40,994 bases of DNA from contig NC_069000.1 in assembly GCF_001194135.2 (NCBI RefSeq), positions 19,758,522 through 19,799,515 of the forward strand, read 5' to 3'. Of this stretch, positions 36,754 through 40,994 are shown piece after piece (position 1 is the first letter of the stretch; each line of letters begins with the position of its first letter). The position numbers and the translations under genes are program-made. Under the pieces are notes generated by a model. It did not search any database, had not been told where the DNA came from, and saw only the letters and a program-made list of their open reading frames with translations. This stretch comes from Octopus bimaculoides. Taxonomy: Eukaryota.

Positions 36754-37535
36754 GTGGAAGATAATCCTCATTGCAAGACCTCTGACATAGCGGAACAAAT
36801 TGATGTCAGCCCCAGAACAGCTGTTAGATATCTTCACAAACTTGGCTACTATGGCAGAGCAGCAAGAAGGAAGCCACTTCTTCAACCAATCAATATCAAG
36901 TGGGGAAAAGATTGGGCCAGATGCCGATAGCATTTTGCGAAACCAGAATATTCTCTAATGAGTCCAGATTTGCTGTATTTTCTGACAGTGGTCAAGTATG
37001 AGTCTGGAGACTCTGTGATCAAGAATTTGACATGAAAAATTTACTGCCAACAATGAAACAAGGTAGCTATTCTGTGATGGTTTGGGGAACAATTTCAAGT
37101 ATTGGTCAATCTGAGTTGGTGGAGTGTAAGGAAAAAATAAACTCAGATAAATATGTGTCCATATTGCAGAAAAAGTCTCCTTCCAGTTTTCTCCAATGGT
37201 GAAATGATTAAAGAATATTCTTTGTTTATGGCAGATGGGGCTCTTTGTCACATGGCTAACAAGACCCAAGATTGGTTGGAAAAGAATGTCATTAAAAAAC
37301 TTCCATAGCCAAGCCAGTCACCAGATATGAACCCTATTGAATACCTCTGGGACATAATAGACAGAACACGTCGTAAAAAGAACAAGAAAGCACTCTCAAA
37401 GTCAGATCTTTGAGATTACTGTATGAAACTTCCTCAAGATAAATTCCTCAAGATAATATTCATCATCTGCTCAGTAGTATGGCCTTAGGATCCTTGCATT
37501 GAAAAAATGCAAACGGAATGTCTACTAAATATCAG
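36754..37535 (+). mobile_element. Decayed Tc1-family DD34E transposase (second HTH to C-terminus)
   Basis: [43 protein letters not shown] / IFSNESRF..VWR..SVMVWGTISSIG / FMADGALCH...WL...*PSQSPDMN(P)IEYLW. Spacing is 34 after restoring a frameshift. Stops and frameshifts are present, and the first catalytic D reads N. Confidence 0.93.
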
Positions 37536-38744
37536 ATATTCACATTATAATAATTAATAAATAAATAATTTGAATGTATAATTGCAGATTCAAATAAATT
37601 TTAATGATTATAAAGCTGTCTATTTACTTCTGTCGTGTGTGCGTGTGTGTGTGTATGTGTGTATATATATAAGAATATAGGCAGGCGAATAATCTTCGTA
37701 ACTCGTCTTTTTCCAGAGGATATGAATGTTGGTCGGTATTTCCTTTAAGGTACAGGTTTTCAGTTAAAATCCCACCTAAATCCAGGCAACATTTTGGCAG
37801 CGTTCTGAAAGATGTATTTATATTGTAAATGTGTATATAGAGCGAGAAGGTATTATGGACATGAATGGGTTTTGTGAGTGGGTGTATGAGAGAGAGAGAG
37901 AGGGGGGGGAGAGAAAGCTAAGAGAGAAAGGATTAGAAAGTAAGATAGTGGTAAAAGGGGAAATAAGAATAAAATAAGAATAAAAATAATAAAAATTTAA
38001 AATTAAAAAAAATAATAATGAAGGAAAAAAATGAAATAAAAGATGAGGTAATGACAGATATATCGTAAATGGATTTTGTGAGAGAGTGTGTACGGGAGAG
38101 GAGAAGGGAATAAAAATAAAATAAGATAGAGGTAACAGCGTAAAGAATAATAAGATAAACAATAAATAAATGAAGGTAAAGGTAACGATTTAGATATGTC
38201 AATATTGTATGGGAGTTAAGGGTGAAACGTTAAAGTTTCGGTAGATTTGGGGTGGAAGTTCAATCTGGGTAAGGTCGTAAGGTCAATAGTTTAGTGCAGA
38301 TATTTAAAATTGTTATTTGAAGCTTCATAGCTATTAAATGATATGAGATAAAGGATTAAGAATTAAAACCTAAATTTGAAAATTAAAACTGAAAATTAAA
38401 ATTTAAGATTTAAACTTAAAATTACAAACTAAGAAAACAAAAGTCAAAAGACAATAAAAATTTAAAAATTATTGAGTTGAAATTAGTTAGTTTCTAACTA
38501 ATGTTGATAGAGAGGTAGGGGAACAAAGATATATCTATATATATAGACATATATACATATACATATAAATATATATATATATACACGCATCCCCCCCCCC
38601 ACACACACACATATGTATATATATATTTAGGCGTTTCTACCCAAATGGTGTGGTGTGACACCGCCAGTATTATCACTTTTTCAATGACCATTCTATTGTG
38701 ATTGCATTTTGGTGAAGGTGGTTGTTCGAAATTCCTGCCCCTTT

Positions 38745-39260
38745 TTAAAAAATTCTTGCCCTGATGTAAGCTCATCTTGGGCCTTGGACAACAGAAGGCC
38801 AAGTTTTTTCCAGGGAATAGAATCGTGATTCTTTCAGTTACTCCCAGTAGCTCAGCTGTAGTATTGATGAAATTTTCCTAGTGTAGCCCCGGTAAACTAC
38901 CTCAAATTCCGCTATTATTCTGACACTATGTCTGTGAATACAGCTGAGAGCAGTAGTCCAGACAGTTGAGGACAAACGTCCTTCATAGAACCAGCATAGT
39001 TTCTTGATCCCTTGTTCTGAAAGTTCTCAGAATGTACACGGCCATTCGACTGCACATTGCTACCCTTATAGTTGTATGTATTTGAAATGAAGCGTTGTTG
39101 TTCGTAATAATCCCCAGACCACTCACGGTAATTGACTCTGGGATTGCCGGTTCTTTTGGTCCAAAGTATCTTTGTTGTGACATGCTAGACCAAGCGGGCT
39201 GATGAAGGTAAGACTAGTATTTTCCGGCATTAAATTTCTCTGCTTTGTTCAGCCACTTTA
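38745..39260 (-). mobile_element. Decayed CR1/L2-group LINE, region C-terminal to the RT core
   Basis: KWLNKAEKFNAGK / AIPESITVSGLGII.NNN.SF / ILRTFRTRDQETMLVL*RTFV.NCLDYCSQL / AEFEVVYRGYTRKI..LSYWE / YSLE match the conserved CR1-group tail (DLG, ILR.F, LDYCS.LWSP, LYSLE). Confidence 0.85.
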
Positions 39261-39338
39261 TATGTGGAATCTAGGTCTTTCTATAGAAGATTAGCATCGC
39301 AAGGTTCCTTCACTGATCGCATCTATCTATCTATCTAC

Positions 39339-39410
<72 letters not shown>

Positions 39411-39617
39411 ATACATATATATATACATATATACAAATACACATACACACACACACACACATATATATGCACATATATACGGAGATATATATAAATCCAC
39501 ATGCAAACATAAACATAGGTATAAAAATATATAGATGAATATTATATATATATATATATATATGTATATATGATATGTATATATATATACATACATATAT
39601 ATAAGTATATATATATA

Positions 39618-39653
<36 letters not shown>

Positions 39654-39908
39654 TATATACATATATACAATACATATATATAATCTATCTATCTATCTAT
39701 CTATATATACATACATACTTCGAAACGTCTAGATAGAATAGAGACAGCTGATGAAGGGATATTCCAAGTGGCTTTCCGTTTTCCTATATGTTCGTTCCGT
39801 TGTCTGTAGTTTATTGTTCTAACGTCCTGTACCCTGATATGCATGTATATACACATGTAGATGTAAGTATGTACATATATGTGTGTATACATGTATATAT
39901 ATTCTTTG

Positions 39909-39944
<36 letters not shown>

Positions 39945-39951
39945 ATATATA

Positions 39952-40149
39952 TACCGGAGTAAGAACATAAAATGTGCAACAAGGTGGAAAAAAGAGTACT
40001 CAAATACCAGAGGTAGAGTAATATGCTTTATTTAAAAGCAGCAGAAATATAACAAAAGACTGTTACTCGGAGTTTCACGTTCCCGTTCGTCAGGAACGTG
40101 AAACTCTCAGTAACAGCTTTTGTTATATTTCTACTGCAATTAAATAAAG
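39952..40149. mobile_element. Fold-back element, copy 2; probable PLE inverted pLTR terminus
   Basis: Near-identical to 12301-12504, with an inverted repeat at 40026-40149 and (TA)n on both sides. Confidence 0.7.
40060..40093 (-). ncRNA. Candidate minimal type-I hammerhead ribozyme with an intact core
   Basis: Minus strand: CTGACGA-ACG-GGAA-CGT-GAAA-CTC-C-GAG-TA^ACAG. Stem II is perfect with a GNRA loop and stem III is palindromic. The 5' strand of stem I is lost at the inversion junction. Confidence 0.68.
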
Positions 40150-40338
40150 TATATATATATATAATAAAGAAATGATTTTAAAGCACAGAGAGTGTGTAAG
40201 AAAAATCGTGACCAGTCCTGCCCGGGGTTTAACTTTGAATATACTCTCAAGTTTTGTTATACGTACATTCTGCACCCCCTAACACACACATGCCAACACG
40301 CAGACACACACATGTATATATACATATCTATATATACG

Positions 40339-40369
<31 letters not shown>

Positions 40370-40384
40370 ATGTATATATATATA

Positions 40385-40439
<55 letters not shown>

Positions 40440-40506
40440 ATACTCATTCATATGTAAGCCTGTATATACATATGTACGTATGTATGTATATGTATATGTA
40501 TGTACA

Positions 40507-40549
<43 letters not shown>

Positions 40550-40703
40550 ATATATATATATATGTAAATACATATGTACACACATACATACGTACCTGAA
40601 AATACATGTATGTGTGTATATATATATGTATATTTGCATATGTATATATGCATATACATATATATATACATATATGTATATATCCATAAACATACATATA
40701 TTC

Positions 40704-40753
<50 letters not shown>

Positions 40754-40754
40754 T

Positions 40755-40909
40755 GGGCTTCTTTCAGTTTCCCTGTAACAAATCTACTTTCAAGGTCATC
40801 GTCAACCCGCAGCTATTGTAGAAAACACTTGCACAAGGTTCCACTCAGTGGGACTGATCCTGTAACCGTGTAGTTAGGAAGCAAACTTCTTAATAACCGT
40901 CATGCTTGC
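40755..40909 (-). mobile_element. SINE class B, diverged
   Basis: GGGCTTCTTTCAGTTTCC...ACACTTGCACAAGGTTCCACTCAGTGGGACTGA is the reverse complement of class B. Confidence 0.75.
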
Positions 40910-40994
40910 ATCTATATATCTAATTCAAACACACCCACTACATTCCTCCATGGCAAGATTTAATTTGCGTATACAAATTTAATCTGCGGTTTTA

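Noticed and set aside
39718-39770. GAAACGTC followed by CTGATGA (hammerhead boxes in permuted order)
   Set aside because: I could not form stem I or a canonical stem II by hand. It may belong to a repeat terminus but is not supportable as a ribozyme.

Overview
This is a eukaryotic, gene-poor and repeat-saturated window from a draft assembly. It has 19 N-gaps totalling about 7.7 kb, most abutting microsatellites. The SINE set and the very high simple-repeat load suggest an octopod cephalopod such as Octopus; this is inferred from pattern recognition, not a database search. I find no supportable host protein-coding gene, rRNA, tRNA gene or CRISPR array, and nearly all supplied ORFs are read-throughs of microsatellites or gaps. 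Hand translation supports these decayed transposon fragments: two RLE-endonuclease (R4/Dong-type) non-LTR fragments (1-410, 35897-36360), a Penelope GIY-YIG fragment (24477-24685), a Helitron Rep N-terminal fragment (26807-27150), a DD34E Tc1 transposase (36754-37535), two DD41D/rosa-like fragments (8168-8480, 35650-35883) and a CR1/L2-type LINE fragment (38745-39260). About 15 SINE fragments are also present, falling into three sequence classes. The most interesting signals are (i) minimal type-I hammerhead ribozyme motifs with palindromic stem III, two of them at the centre of a ~130-bp fold-back element present twice, and (ii) two different RLE retroelements each bordered by a different microsatellite, (TAA)n and (CATA)n, which suggests microsatellite-targeted integration. 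These fit known transposon biology. I do not see a convincing new multi-gene system; any novelty would be at the family level.
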